A DNA stretch of 64,000 nucleotides from Planctomycetota bacterium. Its GTDB lineage: Bacteria; Planctomycetota; PLA2; JAEUHO01. Numbering within the stretch: the first letter of the stretch is position 1; each line of letters opens with the position of its first letter. Positions 8,611 through 17,591 of this stretch are shown here, one piece after another. The stretch is from contig JBFWRP010000009.1 of NCBI GenBank assembly GCA_050248855.1, forward strand, positions 99,600 to 163,599, given 5' to 3'. Below the pieces are notes generated by a model, which ran no database searches, was not told the origin of the DNA, and worked only from the letters and a program-made list of their open reading frames with translations. The translations under genes and the position numbers were made by a program.

Positions 8611-10455
8611 ATGGTCCCGCCGCCCCCCGCCCTGAAGATCGACGCCCTCCTGGAGCACGGCGCCTTCCTGCGCCGCCTCGCCGGGCGCCTCGTGCGCAGC
8701 GAGGCCGAGGCCGACGACGTCGTGCAGGACGCGTGGGTGATTGCGCTCGAGCGCGAGGGCCCGGCGCCCAAGAAGCCCCGCGCGTGGCTGGCCGGCATCG
8801 TCCGCCACCGGGCCCAGCGCACGGCGCGCGATGCGGCCCGACGCCGCACGCGCCACGAGCGGGCCGCGCGACCGGAGGCGATCGACGCGACGGTCGACGT
8901 GGCCGCACGGCTCGAAGTCCAGCGGCGGATCGCCGAGGCCGTGGCGTCGCTCGAGGAGCCGGGGCGGACCGTGATCGTGCTGCGCTACCTCGACGGCGAG
9001 ACGCCAGCCCGCATCGCCGAGCGCCTCGGCGTGCCGGTGCGCACCGTGGAGAGCCGGCTCCGCCGCGCGCGCGAAGCCCTGCGCGAGCGGCTGGATGCGC
9101 TGATGGGCTCACGCGCCGCGTGGTGCCTTCCGCTCGCCGCGTGGCTGGGCGTGGGCCTGGCGCGCGACGCGGCGGCGGCGGCGGCGGCAACGACGAGTAC
9201 GGCGGCGGGGGCGTTGGCTCCCGCGGCCGCGACAGGAGGTGTCCTCATGGCTTCGAGCATCGGATGGGTGGCCGCGGGCTTGGTCGGCGGGTTGGCCGGC
9301 GGTTGGTTCCTGCGCGAGGCCACGCGGCCCACGCCGGAGCCCGTGCTGGAGACGCGCGAGGACCGGCCCACGGACGAGCCGCTGGCGGGGACGGGGCCGA
9401 CGCTGGGTCGCGACGTGCCCGCGCTCGAAGCCGCCACGCTGCGCGCCGACGCGGCCGAAGCGAAGGCCAAGCGCCTGGCAACACGCGTGGAGGAGCTGGT
9501 CGCCAAGGTGCAGGCGCTGGAGGCCGGCGGTGCCGGCGCGACGCAGGACGGCGCCGAGCACGAGGGCCTGGTGATCCCCGTCGGGCCGAAGCAGGAGGTG
9601 CTGGCCGCCATCGACTGGAAGGATGCCGGTACGGCGGCCCACGAGATGGCCCCCATGCTGGCCCCGCTGATCCGCTCGATGGCCGAGGACAAGCTCGACC
9701 AAGCCCAGGCCATGGAGCTGGGCAAGCGCAACCTGCGCCTCGTGAACGCCGCGATGAAGCTCGTCGAAGCGGGCCTGAGCGGCACCGGGGTGAACGGCGC
9801 GTTCACGCATCCCTCGGTCACGGCCAACCTCATCCATGGCACGCTCGAGGCCGCGGGCGTGCCGCTGGACGAGCGCCAGATCGAGCGCCTGAAGGCCGTG
9901 GCCGACGACTACGTGAATCGCGAGGCAGCCCGTGTGGCGGGCTACGGCCCCGACACGCTGGCATTCGTCAAGCTGGTCGACGAGTCCAAGCTGAAGCAGG
10001 CCTTCCAAGACGCCGTCGATGCGTTCCTGACGCCGGAGCAGCTCAAGGTCCTGCACCCCAACGGCCCCAAGGCGCGCCTGGGCTTGGACCTGTTCTCCCC
10101 CGGGATCATCTGGCAAGGCCAGGTGAGCCCCATCACGTACCTGCGCGGACCGTCGGGCGAGGAGACCGCCCTCAACGTGGTCCGCATGCACCTGAAGCTC
10201 GAGCCCGAGGAGGCCGAACGCCTGCGCCCCGCCGTGGCGCGTTGGCTGGCCGCGGTCCCGCGGTCCATCGAGGCTCTGCCTGCGGGCCCCGAAGACAAGC
10301 TCGGCCTCGTGACGTGGGATCGCCTCGAAGCGTGCTGGGGACCGATGAAGGGCCTCTACGAGGACTTGATCGGCACGCTCCCGCCCGACCACGCCGCCAT
10401 CGCCACGCTACGCGCCAGCACCCACTGCCTCGTCCCCATCGCCCCCTACGAGTAG
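8611..10455 (+). CDS. ECF sigma factor fused to a transmembrane segment and long C-terminal domain
   Basis: AEADDVVQDAW, RAWLAGIVRH (region 2); LRYLDGETPARIAERLGVPVRTVESRLRRAREALR (region 4); Ala-rich linker, TM segment IGWVAAGLVGGLAGGWFL and a ~380-aa tail. Confidence 0.88.
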   Translation: MVPPPPALKIDALLEHGAFLRRLAGRLVRSEAEADDVVQDAWVIALEREGPAPKKPRAWLAGIVRHRAQRTARDAARRRTRHERAARPEAIDATVDVAARLEVQRRIAEAVASLEEPGRTVIVLRYLDGETPARIAERLGVPVRTVESRLRRAREALRERLDALMGSRAAWCLPLAAWLGVGLARDAAAAAAATTSTAAGALAPAAATGGVLMASSIGWVAAGLVGGLAGGWFLREATRPTPEPVLETREDRPTDEPLAGTGPTLGRDVPALEAATLRADAAEAKAKRLATRVEELVAKVQALEAGGAGATQDGAEHEGLVIPVGPKQEVLAAIDWKDAGTAAHEMAPMLAPLIRSMAEDKLDQAQAMELGKRNLRLVNAAMKLVEAGLSGTGVNGAFTHPSVTANLIHGTLEAAGVPLDERQIERLKAVADDYVNREAARVAGYGPDTLAFVKLVDESKLKQAFQDAVDAFLTPEQLKVLHPNGPKARLGLDLFSPGIIWQGQVSPITYLRGPSGEETALNVVRMHLKLEPEEAERLRPAVARWLAAVPRSIEALPAGPEDKLGLVTWDRLEACWGPMKGLYEDLIGTLPPDHAAIATLRASTHCLVPIAPYE

Positions 10456-10497
10456 GTAGAGAGGGCCCGCTCCGTCGCGGTCAAGCCCGTGACTCGC

Positions 10498-10785
10498 TCA
10501 CGTGTCTCGGCGTCGGATCCTCACGCGCTCTGACTCGACTATCCAGAGCGCGGCCTCGAGCGGCTGCGCCTGAAGGAGCGGCAACAGCCTGACGAGCAGG
10601 GAACGCACGTCAGCCACGGCTTGCGAGGCTGGACGAAGCACGATGATGCCCGCGCTTCCGCTGGCTGGATGTCGGCGCGGGTCCCCGAAGCCACGGTCCA
10701 ACGGCACAAGGGCGCGACGCTCGCGGCGGCAAGCCTCGTAGATGACCTCGTCGAGCTTGAACCGTAGCTTCGGAGGCACGGTCAT
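10498..10785 (-). pseudogene. DUF5615/VapC45-like PIN toxin with an apparent internal in-frame deletion
   Basis: RFKLDE followed immediately by VIYEACRRERRALVPLDRGFGD...GIIVLR; the ~30 aa normally between these motifs is missing; overlaps the DUF433 stop (ATGA). Confidence 0.55.
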
Positions 10786-11030
10786 GCCGACGACAGGGGG
10801 ACCGTGCGCTCGTGCGCCAGCTCTGCCGCGTACGCCAGGGCTGCCAGGACGTCCTCTACCTGAAGGGACGGGTACTCCGCCACGATCTGGCTGGCCGTCA
10901 TGCCCGCAGCCAAGCTGTCAAGAATGGTCGTAATCAAGACCCGCGTACCGGTCACGCAGGCCTGCCCATGGCAAACCGTGGGGTCGACGGAGATGCGGTC
11001 TCGCCAGGTCCGGGTCTCGTGGAGGGCCAT
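10782..11030 (-). CDS. DUF433 family protein (VapB45-like antitoxin)
   Basis: RISVDPTVCHGQACVTGTRV...ILDSLAAGMTASQIVAEYPSLQVEDVLAALAYAA. Confidence 0.92.
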   Translation of the reverse strand: MALHETRTWRDRISVDPTVCHGQACVTGTRVLITTILDSLAAGMTASQIVAEYPSLQVEDVLAALAYAAELAHERTVPLSSA

Positions 11031-11075
11031 GCCGACATGGTACGCGAGACGCTCGCCCCGGCCCTCCGCCCAATG

Positions 11076-12221
11076 TCAGCTGCCGTCCACCCCGGCCACT
11101 TCGCTGCCGCCCGTGGCGACGCGCGCCCCTTCCCGCTCCCGGTAGATGCGCAGCACGGTCGTGATCAAGGCCAGCAGCAGCGGGCCGAAGACGACCCCGC
11201 TGATCCCGAACAGGCCGATGCCGCTCATGATGGCGAAGAACAGCATCATCGGGTGCACGTCGTGGGCCCCCGTGCGCGACAGGATCCATGGCCTGAGCAC
11301 GTTGTCCGCCATGCCCACGATCACGAGCCCCCAGACCACCAGGAAGATGCCCGCGCCCGTCGAGCCCGTGATGAACAGGTAGACGGCCGCCGGCGCCCAG
11401 ACGAGCGCGGTGCCGCCGAACGGGAACAGGCTGGCGCCGGCCATGACGAGACCCCAGAGCACGGGGGCGTCGAGGCCCGCGATGGCGAAGGACACCGAAC
11501 CCAGTGCTCCCTGGATCAGCGCCACCAGCACGCCCCCCAGGAGCGCGGCCGTCGTGGTCCCGTGCAGGCTGTCGAGAATCCGCTCCGTTTCCGTGACGGT
11601 GAAAGGAGAGACATCGATCACGACGTCCCGCAACCGCTTGCCGTCGCAGTACACGAAGTAGAGCGTGATCAACATGACCACGAAGCCGAACAGGAACAGG
11701 AACGGCGCGAAGAGCATGTCGAGCACGCCCTTGGCCAGCGACCCCGTGACGAAGCGGCGGGCCAGCTCCTGACTGCCCTTCTGGAGCGCTTCGCTGAGCG
11801 CCTCGAAGTCCTTGTAGCCGAGGAACTCGGCCACGCTATCCAGCCGCGGACGGAGGCTGCCCGCCTCGCCCCCCGCCGCAAGCCCGGCCTCCACGTGCGC
11901 GACCACCTCGCTGACGTCGAAGCTCTTGACCTCGTCGACGAGCATCCCGCCGACGAGCATCAAGGGCACCAGCAGCGCGACGGGCACGAGCAGCACCATG
12001 ACCAGCGCGGCCAGCCGGGGCCGGTTGCCCAGCTGCGTCACGAGACCCCGGTACGGCCTGCCCGTGGCCACCGCGAGACACAGCGCCCACGCGATGGGCG
12101 TCACGAAGGGCCAGAGGATCAAGAGGAACGCACCGAACGCGAGCAGCGTGACGACCGTGAGCAGCGCCCTGCGCTCCCACGACCGCTCGATCCCCTCGGC
12201 CAGCCCGACCTCGTCCACCAT
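11076..12221 (-). CDS. AI-2E family transporter
   Basis: Multi-TM; ALIQGALG, PFGGTALVWAP, DNVLRPWIL, HPMMLFFAIMSGIGLFGISGVVFGP motifs. Confidence 0.92.
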   Translation of the reverse strand: MVDEVGLAEGIERSWERRALLTVVTLLAFGAFLLILWPFVTPIAWALCLAVATGRPYRGLVTQLGNRPRLAALVMVLLVPVALLVPLMLVGGMLVDEVKSFDVSEVVAHVEAGLAAGGEAGSLRPRLDSVAEFLGYKDFEALSEALQKGSQELARRFVTGSLAKGVLDMLFAPFLFLFGFVVMLITLYFVYCDGKRLRDVVIDVSPFTVTETERILDSLHGTTTAALLGGVLVALIQGALGSVSFAIAGLDAPVLWGLVMAGASLFPFGGTALVWAPAAVYLFITGSTGAGIFLVVWGLVIVGMADNVLRPWILSRTGAHDVHPMMLFFAIMSGIGLFGISGVVFGPLLLALITTVLRIYREREGARVATGGSEVAGVDGS

Positions 12222-12281
12222 CCCGAGCTCGCCCTCCCAGTGGCGATCCGCCCATCCTAGCCCCGGCGCAGCATCCGGCAC

Positions 12282-13151
12282 GTGGACCTCTACCCGACCT
12301 TGGCTCGGCGCATTGGGCGGCTCCTGGGTGCTGCACCGCTTCGCTTCGACCGCATCGAGGGTGGATGCACGCCTGCCCTGCGCCTCCGCGCCCACCTCCC
12401 GGACGGCTCGACGGCCTTCGTGAAGGCCGCCACCGATGCGGACACCGCGACGTGGCTGCGCCACGAGCACCGCGTCTACGGCCACGTCGAGGCCCCGTTC
12501 CTGCCGCGGCTACGGGGCTTCGACCCGGCCGAGCTTCCGGTTCTGGCGATCGAGGACCTGTCGGACGCGCACTGGCCCCCACCGTGGACGGCGGAGCATG
12601 TCGACGACGTCCTCCGCGCGCTCGACGAGATGGCCGCCAGCACGCCGCCGTCGGGCCTCCCCCCGATGGAGCAGAAGCGCGAGATGCTCTGCGGCTGGCG
12701 CCGCGTGGCCGCGGACCCACGACCGTTCTTGTCGCTCGGCGTCGCGTCCCACGCGTGGCTCGAGCGGGCCCTGCCCCCGCTGCTGGAAGCCGACGAGCAG
12801 CTCGTCCTCGGGGGCGATGCGCTCTGTCACTTCGACACGCGAAGCGACAACCTCTGCCTTCGCGACAGGCAAGCCGTGCTCGTGGACTGGAACTGGGCGT
12901 GTGTTGGCAACCCGCGCCTGGATCGCGCCTTCTTCCTGCCCAGCCTCCACGCCGACGGCGGGCCCGCGCCCGACGTCGTCCTGCCCGACGCCGCGGACGT
13001 GGCCCCCACCGTCGCGGGCTACTTCGCCTCGACGGCCGGCCAGCCCCCGCTCCCCACCGCCCCGCGCGTCCGCCCCCTCCAGCTCCTCCAGCTGCGCCAC
13101 GCGCTGCCGTGGGCTGCCCGCGTGCTGGGGCTGCCTCCGCCTTCCACGTAG
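12282..13151 (+). CDS. Aminoglycoside phosphotransferase/choline kinase-like protein
   Basis: AFVKA, E..VY, LAIEDL, HFDTRSDN (Brenner-like motif), VDWNWA. Confidence 0.8.
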   Translation: MDLYPTLARRIGRLLGAAPLRFDRIEGGCTPALRLRAHLPDGSTAFVKAATDADTATWLRHEHRVYGHVEAPFLPRLRGFDPAELPVLAIEDLSDAHWPPPWTAEHVDDVLRALDEMAASTPPSGLPPMEQKREMLCGWRRVAADPRPFLSLGVASHAWLERALPPLLEADEQLVLGGDALCHFDTRSDNLCLRDRQAVLVDWNWACVGNPRLDRAFFLPSLHADGGPAPDVVLPDAADVAPTVAGYFASTAGQPPLPTAPRVRPLQLLQLRHALPWAARVLGLPPPST

Positions 13152-13157
13152 CTTCGG

Positions 13158-13685
13158 TCACCCCTCTGGTGCGAAGGCGTCGATGGCCTTGCGCACGGCC
13201 TCCTTCGACAGGTTGGGGTACCGCGAGTAGGCGGCGGAGGGGATCGCCTCGACGAGCAACTTCAGCGTCGCCAGATCGACGAGTCCGTCCTCGACGAAGC
13301 GCCGTGCGTCCGCGAGATCGCGCTCGAACCCGCGGACCAGCTTGGCGAACACCTGGGTGTAGGGATCGTAGTGGTACCAAGCAACGCGCCCGATCCGGCG
13401 GATGAACACGTGGCGGTGCCGTGCATCGGAGAGCTCTGGCACGAACGCGCTTGGTTCCACGAGCTCGATGTTGATGTCGAGCTCCTCCTGGATGCGCTGG
13501 ACTTCGTGCAGGACACGGTGGTCCTCGACAGCCAGGTCCACGTCGAGGGAAGACGCACGCCAGCCGCGCAGGACGGCTGTCCCCCCGCCCGCGAGGAACA
13601 CGCAGAAGTCCGTGCCTCGCGGCGCACTCGCCGAGAGCTCCTGCATCAGGAGCGCGAGTCGCTCCGGCGTAACGTCCTTACGCAC
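13158..13685 (-). CDS. DUF6036-like nucleotidyltransferase
   Basis: VFLAGGGTAVLRGWRASSLDVDL (GG...DxD NTase motif); AKLVRGFERDLAD; start overlaps the upstream stop. Confidence 0.75.
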   Translation of the reverse strand: MRKDVTPERLALLMQELSASAPRGTDFCVFLAGGGTAVLRGWRASSLDVDLAVEDHRVLHEVQRIQEELDINIELVEPSAFVPELSDARHRHVFIRRIGRVAWYHYDPYTQVFAKLVRGFERDLADARRFVEDGLVDLATLKLLVEAIPSAAYSRYPNLSKEAVRKAIDAFAPEG

Positions 13686-14124
13686 GGGCTGCTCGCAGCA
13701 CGCGTGCACACGCATCCGCGAAGGACTGGATGAGCCGCAAGCGCGCGAGATAGCGGTGATGCGCCAGATCACCGTCCGTGGACTCGAGCAGTCGGTACAG
13801 GCGGTGATCGGGATCCGACCAGTCGATGTGCGGAACGGGGACGCCTTCCCGGCGCAGCCGCGATTGCGCCAGCGCCACCAACAAGCTGTCGGCCGTGATC
13901 CGACCCGCGGCCACGTCATCCAAACCGCGGTCGACCAGATCGCCGCCGGGCAGACCCAGGTCGGCGAAGGAAGGCCCACCGAAACGAGCGCGGATCCAAC
14001 GCGTGAGGGCGGCGCGTCGGGCGATCGCCTGCCGCCGGGCTGGGGCGAGGCGCTCGGCGCGCAGGCGGCCACCGCGGCGGCCCTGCTCGCGGAAGGCGTC
14101 TCGGATCGCGGCAGGCAGCTTCAC
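13678..14124 (-). CDS. Hypothetical partner of the NTase (putative antitoxin/DNA-binding protein)
   Basis: GRRGGRLRAERL..RRQAIARRAA..RW basic N-terminus, then LPGGDLVDRGLDD...LLV...RLR...LYRLL...AHHRY; TATAGT box 6 nt before GTG. Confidence 0.6.
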   Translation of the reverse strand: MKLPAAIRDAFREQGRRGGRLRAERLAPARRQAIARRAALTRWIRARFGGPSFADLGLPGGDLVDRGLDDVAAGRITADSLLVALAQSRLRREGVPVPHIDWSDPDHRLYRLLESTDGDLAHHRYLARLRLIQSFADACARVLRAARA

Positions 14125-14173
14125 GGCCCCACTATACCTAGGGGGTAAGCATGGTCGAGGTAGGCTGGGCGCC

Positions 14174-15223
14174 GTGCGCGCGATCGTGATTCCCAAGAAC
14201 GGGCCGCCCGAGGTGTTCGAGGAGCGGGAGGTGGAGGAGCGGCGGCTGACGCCGATCGACGTGCGCGTCGAGGTGGCGGCCGCCGGCGTCAACTTCGCGG
14301 ACGTGATGGGCCGCGTCGGGCTGTACCCCGATGCCCCGCCTCTGCCGTATGCGCCCGGCTACGAGGTCGCGGGCACGGTGGTGGAGGCGGGCGAGCGCGC
14401 GGCGGAGCGCTTGCCGCCCGGGACGCGCGTCATGGCGGTCACGCGCTTCGGCGGCTACGCCGACCTCGTGCGCGTGCCCGAGCACGCGGTCGTCCCGCTG
14501 GCCGACCACGTGCCGTTCGACGTGGCCGCCGGAACGCCCGTCAACTACCTCACGGCGTGGCTTGGCCTCGTGCACATGGGCAACGCCAGGGCCGGCGAGA
14601 GCGTGCTGGTGCACGGTGGCGCGGGCGGTGTGGGCTTGGCGGTGATCGACCTCGCACGCGGGCGCGACCTCGTGCTGCATGCCACGTCGAGCAGCGCGGC
14701 CAAGCGCGGGCGCCTGCTCGAGCTGGGCGTGGCCGCGGCGCTCGACGGGACGGCGGCCGACTTCGAGGAGCAGGCGCGCCGGGCCACGCGCGGGCGTGGC
14801 TACGACCTCGTGCTGGACCCTCAGGGCCCCGAGTCGTTCCAGAGGTCGCTACGCCAGCTGGCGCCACTCGGGCGCCTGGTCTGCTACGGCTTCTCGTCGC
14901 TCGTCACGGGGCCCAAGCGCAAGCTCTGGCACGCCGTCACGAGCGTGCTCAAGACGGCCAAGGTCAACCCCATCACGCTCATGAACCAGAACGTGGGCGT
15001 GCTCGGGTTGAACCTGGCCCACCTCTTCACCGAGCGCGACCTGCAGCGCACGGCCATGGCCAAGCTCGGCGAGCTGCTGGACCGCGGCGAGATCCGGCCC
15101 CACCTCGACCGCCGGTTCCCCTTCACGGCGGCCGGGGCCGCCGCCTCGCACACGTACCTTCACGAGCGCAAGAACTTCGGCAAGCTCGTGTTGGTGAAGG
15201 ACGCCGAAGCGGTCAGCCGCTGA
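14174..15223 (+). CDS. MDR-family NADPH:quinone oxidoreductase (VAT-1-like)
   Basis: AAGVNFAD, PGYEVAG, VNYLTAW, VLVHGGAGGVG, RKNFGKLVL. Confidence 0.9.
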   Translation: MRAIVIPKNGPPEVFEEREVEERRLTPIDVRVEVAAAGVNFADVMGRVGLYPDAPPLPYAPGYEVAGTVVEAGERAAERLPPGTRVMAVTRFGGYADLVRVPEHAVVPLADHVPFDVAAGTPVNYLTAWLGLVHMGNARAGESVLVHGGAGGVGLAVIDLARGRDLVLHATSSSAAKRGRLLELGVAAALDGTAADFEEQARRATRGRGYDLVLDPQGPESFQRSLRQLAPLGRLVCYGFSSLVTGPKRKLWHAVTSVLKTAKVNPITLMNQNVGVLGLNLAHLFTERDLQRTAMAKLGELLDRGEIRPHLDRRFPFTAAGAAASHTYLHERKNFGKLVLVKDAEAVSR

Positions 15224-15728
15224 CCGCGGCGCCCTCCATGGCCAGCAGCTGGCGCTTGATGTCGAGATCGCCCGTGAAGCCGCCCAGCCGCCGCGAGGCC
15301 CCCACCACGCGATGGCAGGGCACGACGAGCGGCAGCGGGTTGCGTCCGCACGCCTGACCCACGGCGCGCGCCGCGCCGTGGCGGCGCAGCGCCTTGGCCA
15401 CGGCGCCGTACGTGCGCACCTGCCCGCGCGGGATGCGCTTCAAGTGCGACCACACGCGCGGCCCGAAGCCGCTCTCCGGCAGCACGTGCGGGAGGTCCTT
15501 CGGATCCGGGCCGCCGTCCAGGTAGGCCGCCAGGACGCGGCCGGCTTCCGTCGTGAACGGGCTGCCGCGGCGCAGGTCCACGTTGAGGAGCCAACGCTCG
15601 AGCCCGTCGCGCACGGGGCCGTCGTCGTCGCCGAAGTGCACGCGCACGAGCCCACTGCCCGTCGCGGCCAGCACGAGCGGTCCGATCGACGTGCGCCGCA
15701 GCGTCGTCATGTGGACGACGGTGGCCAC
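15213..15728 (-). CDS. ogt: Methylated-DNA-protein-cysteine methyltransferase
   Basis: IPRGQVRTYG, ARAVGQAC, NPLPLVVPCHRV active-site motif, KRQLLAME. Confidence 0.93.
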   Translation of the reverse strand: MATVVHMTTLRRTSIGPLVLAATGSGLVRVHFGDDDGPVRDGLERWLLNVDLRRGSPFTTEAGRVLAAYLDGGPDPKDLPHVLPESGFGPRVWSHLKRIPRGQVRTYGAVAKALRRHGAARAVGQACGRNPLPLVVPCHRVVGASRRLGGFTGDLDIKRQLLAMEGAAVSG

Positions 15729-15730
15729 GG

Positions 15731-17560
15731 TCAGCGACGCCCGGGTGCGGCCAGCAACACCTTCAAGGTCACCTGCTCGTCGCCCCGCAGCACGACGAGG
15801 TCCACGCGCTTGCCGGGCTCGAGCCGCCTCAGCGCCTCCACGAGGCCCTGCCGATCGCGCGTGGCCTGGCCGGCGATGCTCACCAGCACGTCGCCCGGTA
15901 CGACACCGGCCTCGGCCGCCGGCCCGCCGTCGGCGACCCCGGCCACGAGGACGCCGATGTCGTGCGGCTCGGGGCTCGCCTGCAGCCCCAAGCGCGGCGG
16001 ACGGGGCGGCGTGGGCGGCTTCGTGAACTCCAAGCGCTCTTCGCGGCTCGCGATCTCGCGCACGACGTCACGCACGAACAGGGTGATGCGCTCGAGGCCC
16101 TCGAACTCGATGCGCTCCACGTCGTCCGTCGGCCGGTGGTAGTCCTCGTGCAGCAGCGTGAAGAAGAACAGCACGGGCAGGTTCTTGCGGAAGAACGACG
16201 TGCTGTCGCTGGGCGCCACGCCGCCCGGGTCCCACAGGCAGTTCAGGTGGTGGTCCTTGTTGAGGCCCTCCACCAGCTCGTGCAGGCCCTTCGCCGTGCC
16301 GACGCCGCCTACCTGCACGCGACCCTCGCGGCTGCGGCCGATCATGTCCAGGTTGACCATGCCAACGGTGTCTTCGAGAGGCACGGTGGGATGGTCGACG
16401 TACCACTGCGAGCCGAGCAGCCCGCGCTCCTCGCCCGTGAACGCGATGAACAGGAGGCTGCGCCGCGGCCGGTGGTCCGGCGCGGCGAACCACTCGGCCA
16501 GCTCCATCAGCGCGACCGTGCCGGAGCCGTTGTCGTCGGCGCCGTTGTGGATCTGGCCCGCGGCGGATGCACCGCCCGTGCTGCCGAACCAGCCGAGCCC
16601 CACGTGGTCGTAGTGGGCGCCCACCACGACGACTTCGTCGGCCACGTCGGGGTCGCACCCGGGCAGCAGGCCGATGACGTTGCGGGCATTGGCCCCTTGC
16701 GTCGCCGTCAGCGTGGTGACGACGTGCACGCGCGCTCCGGGCACGGGACCGCTGCAGGGGCCCGTCGTGCGCAAGCGCTCCTCCACGTCGGCGAGGCTCG
16801 TGCCCCGCGCCGCCAAGAGCCGCTCGGCAATCGCCTGCGAGACGAACGCGTACGGGATCGGCGCCGACGCCGCGGGCGCGCCCAGGCTGGCGCTCCAGTG
16901 CCCGATGCGATCGGGTCCCCCCTTCGTGGTGTCCGGGTTGTTGCAGAGCAGTACCGCCGCCGCACCCGCCTCGGCGGCGACCTTCAGCTTGTTCAGGAAG
17001 GAGGCGTGCTGGACCTCTTGCCAGCCGGGGTTCTTGCGCAGCACGAGCACGACGCGGCCCTTGACGTCCTGGCCGGCGTAGTCGTCGTACTCGCGCTCGG
17101 GCGCGCGGATTCCGTAGCCGGCGAACACGACCTCCGCGTCGACGTCCGCGGCCGCGCTGACCGAGAACGGGTTCCAGTCCTCCTCGACGGTGTAGGAGGT
17201 CGCCTCACCGTCGATCGTGACCGTGAGCGCATTGCCCTCCCCGAGCACGGGCTCGGCCACGTCGAAGGGCTGGTACCAGCCGTCCGAGCCCTTGGGCACG
17301 AGGCCCGCGCGGCGGAACACCGACGCGATGTGGGCGGACACCTCGATGGCCTCGGGGCCGGTCGTGTCCCGGCCGCGGCGGGCGTCGTCGGCGATCCACG
17401 CGAGGCGCGCGCGCAGGTCCGCCAGGGCAATGTCCGTGGTGCTGGTGTAGGGGCTCGGCGCAGCTTCGGGAGCACGCGCCTCGCCGGCGTTGCCCGATCG
17501 CGAGCCCCCGAGCGCGGCCGCCCCGAGGCATGCGAGCATCGCCGCGATGGTGCGCTTCAT
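15731..17560 (-). CDS. M28 family aminopeptidase with PA and PDZ domains
   Basis: Signal peptide; VVFAGYGI..DDY (PA); GAHYDH, NGADDNGSG, FTGEERGLLGS, NLDMIG, SDSTSF, HEDYH; C-terminal PDZ. Confidence 0.92.
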   Translation of the reverse strand: MKRTIAAMLACLGAAALGGSRSGNAGEARAPEAAPSPYTSTTDIALADLRARLAWIADDARRGRDTTGPEAIEVSAHIASVFRRAGLVPKGSDGWYQPFDVAEPVLGEGNALTVTIDGEATSYTVEEDWNPFSVSAAADVDAEVVFAGYGIRAPEREYDDYAGQDVKGRVVLVLRKNPGWQEVQHASFLNKLKVAAEAGAAAVLLCNNPDTTKGGPDRIGHWSASLGAPAASAPIPYAFVSQAIAERLLAARGTSLADVEERLRTTGPCSGPVPGARVHVVTTLTATQGANARNVIGLLPGCDPDVADEVVVVGAHYDHVGLGWFGSTGGASAAGQIHNGADDNGSGTVALMELAEWFAAPDHRPRRSLLFIAFTGEERGLLGSQWYVDHPTVPLEDTVGMVNLDMIGRSREGRVQVGGVGTAKGLHELVEGLNKDHHLNCLWDPGGVAPSDSTSFFRKNLPVLFFFTLLHEDYHRPTDDVERIEFEGLERITLFVRDVVREIASREERLEFTKPPTPPRPPRLGLQASPEPHDIGVLVAGVADGGPAAEAGVVPGDVLVSIAGQATRDRQGLVEALRRLEPGKRVDLVVLRGDEQVTLKVLLAAPGRR

Positions 17561-17591
17561 GCCGACCCTCCGCCTCCGTCGTCCGCGCGTC

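Noticed and set aside
12282..13151. Aminoglycoside resistance gene
   Set aside because: Only generic APH/choline-kinase motifs; no mobile context; substrate cannot be inferred.
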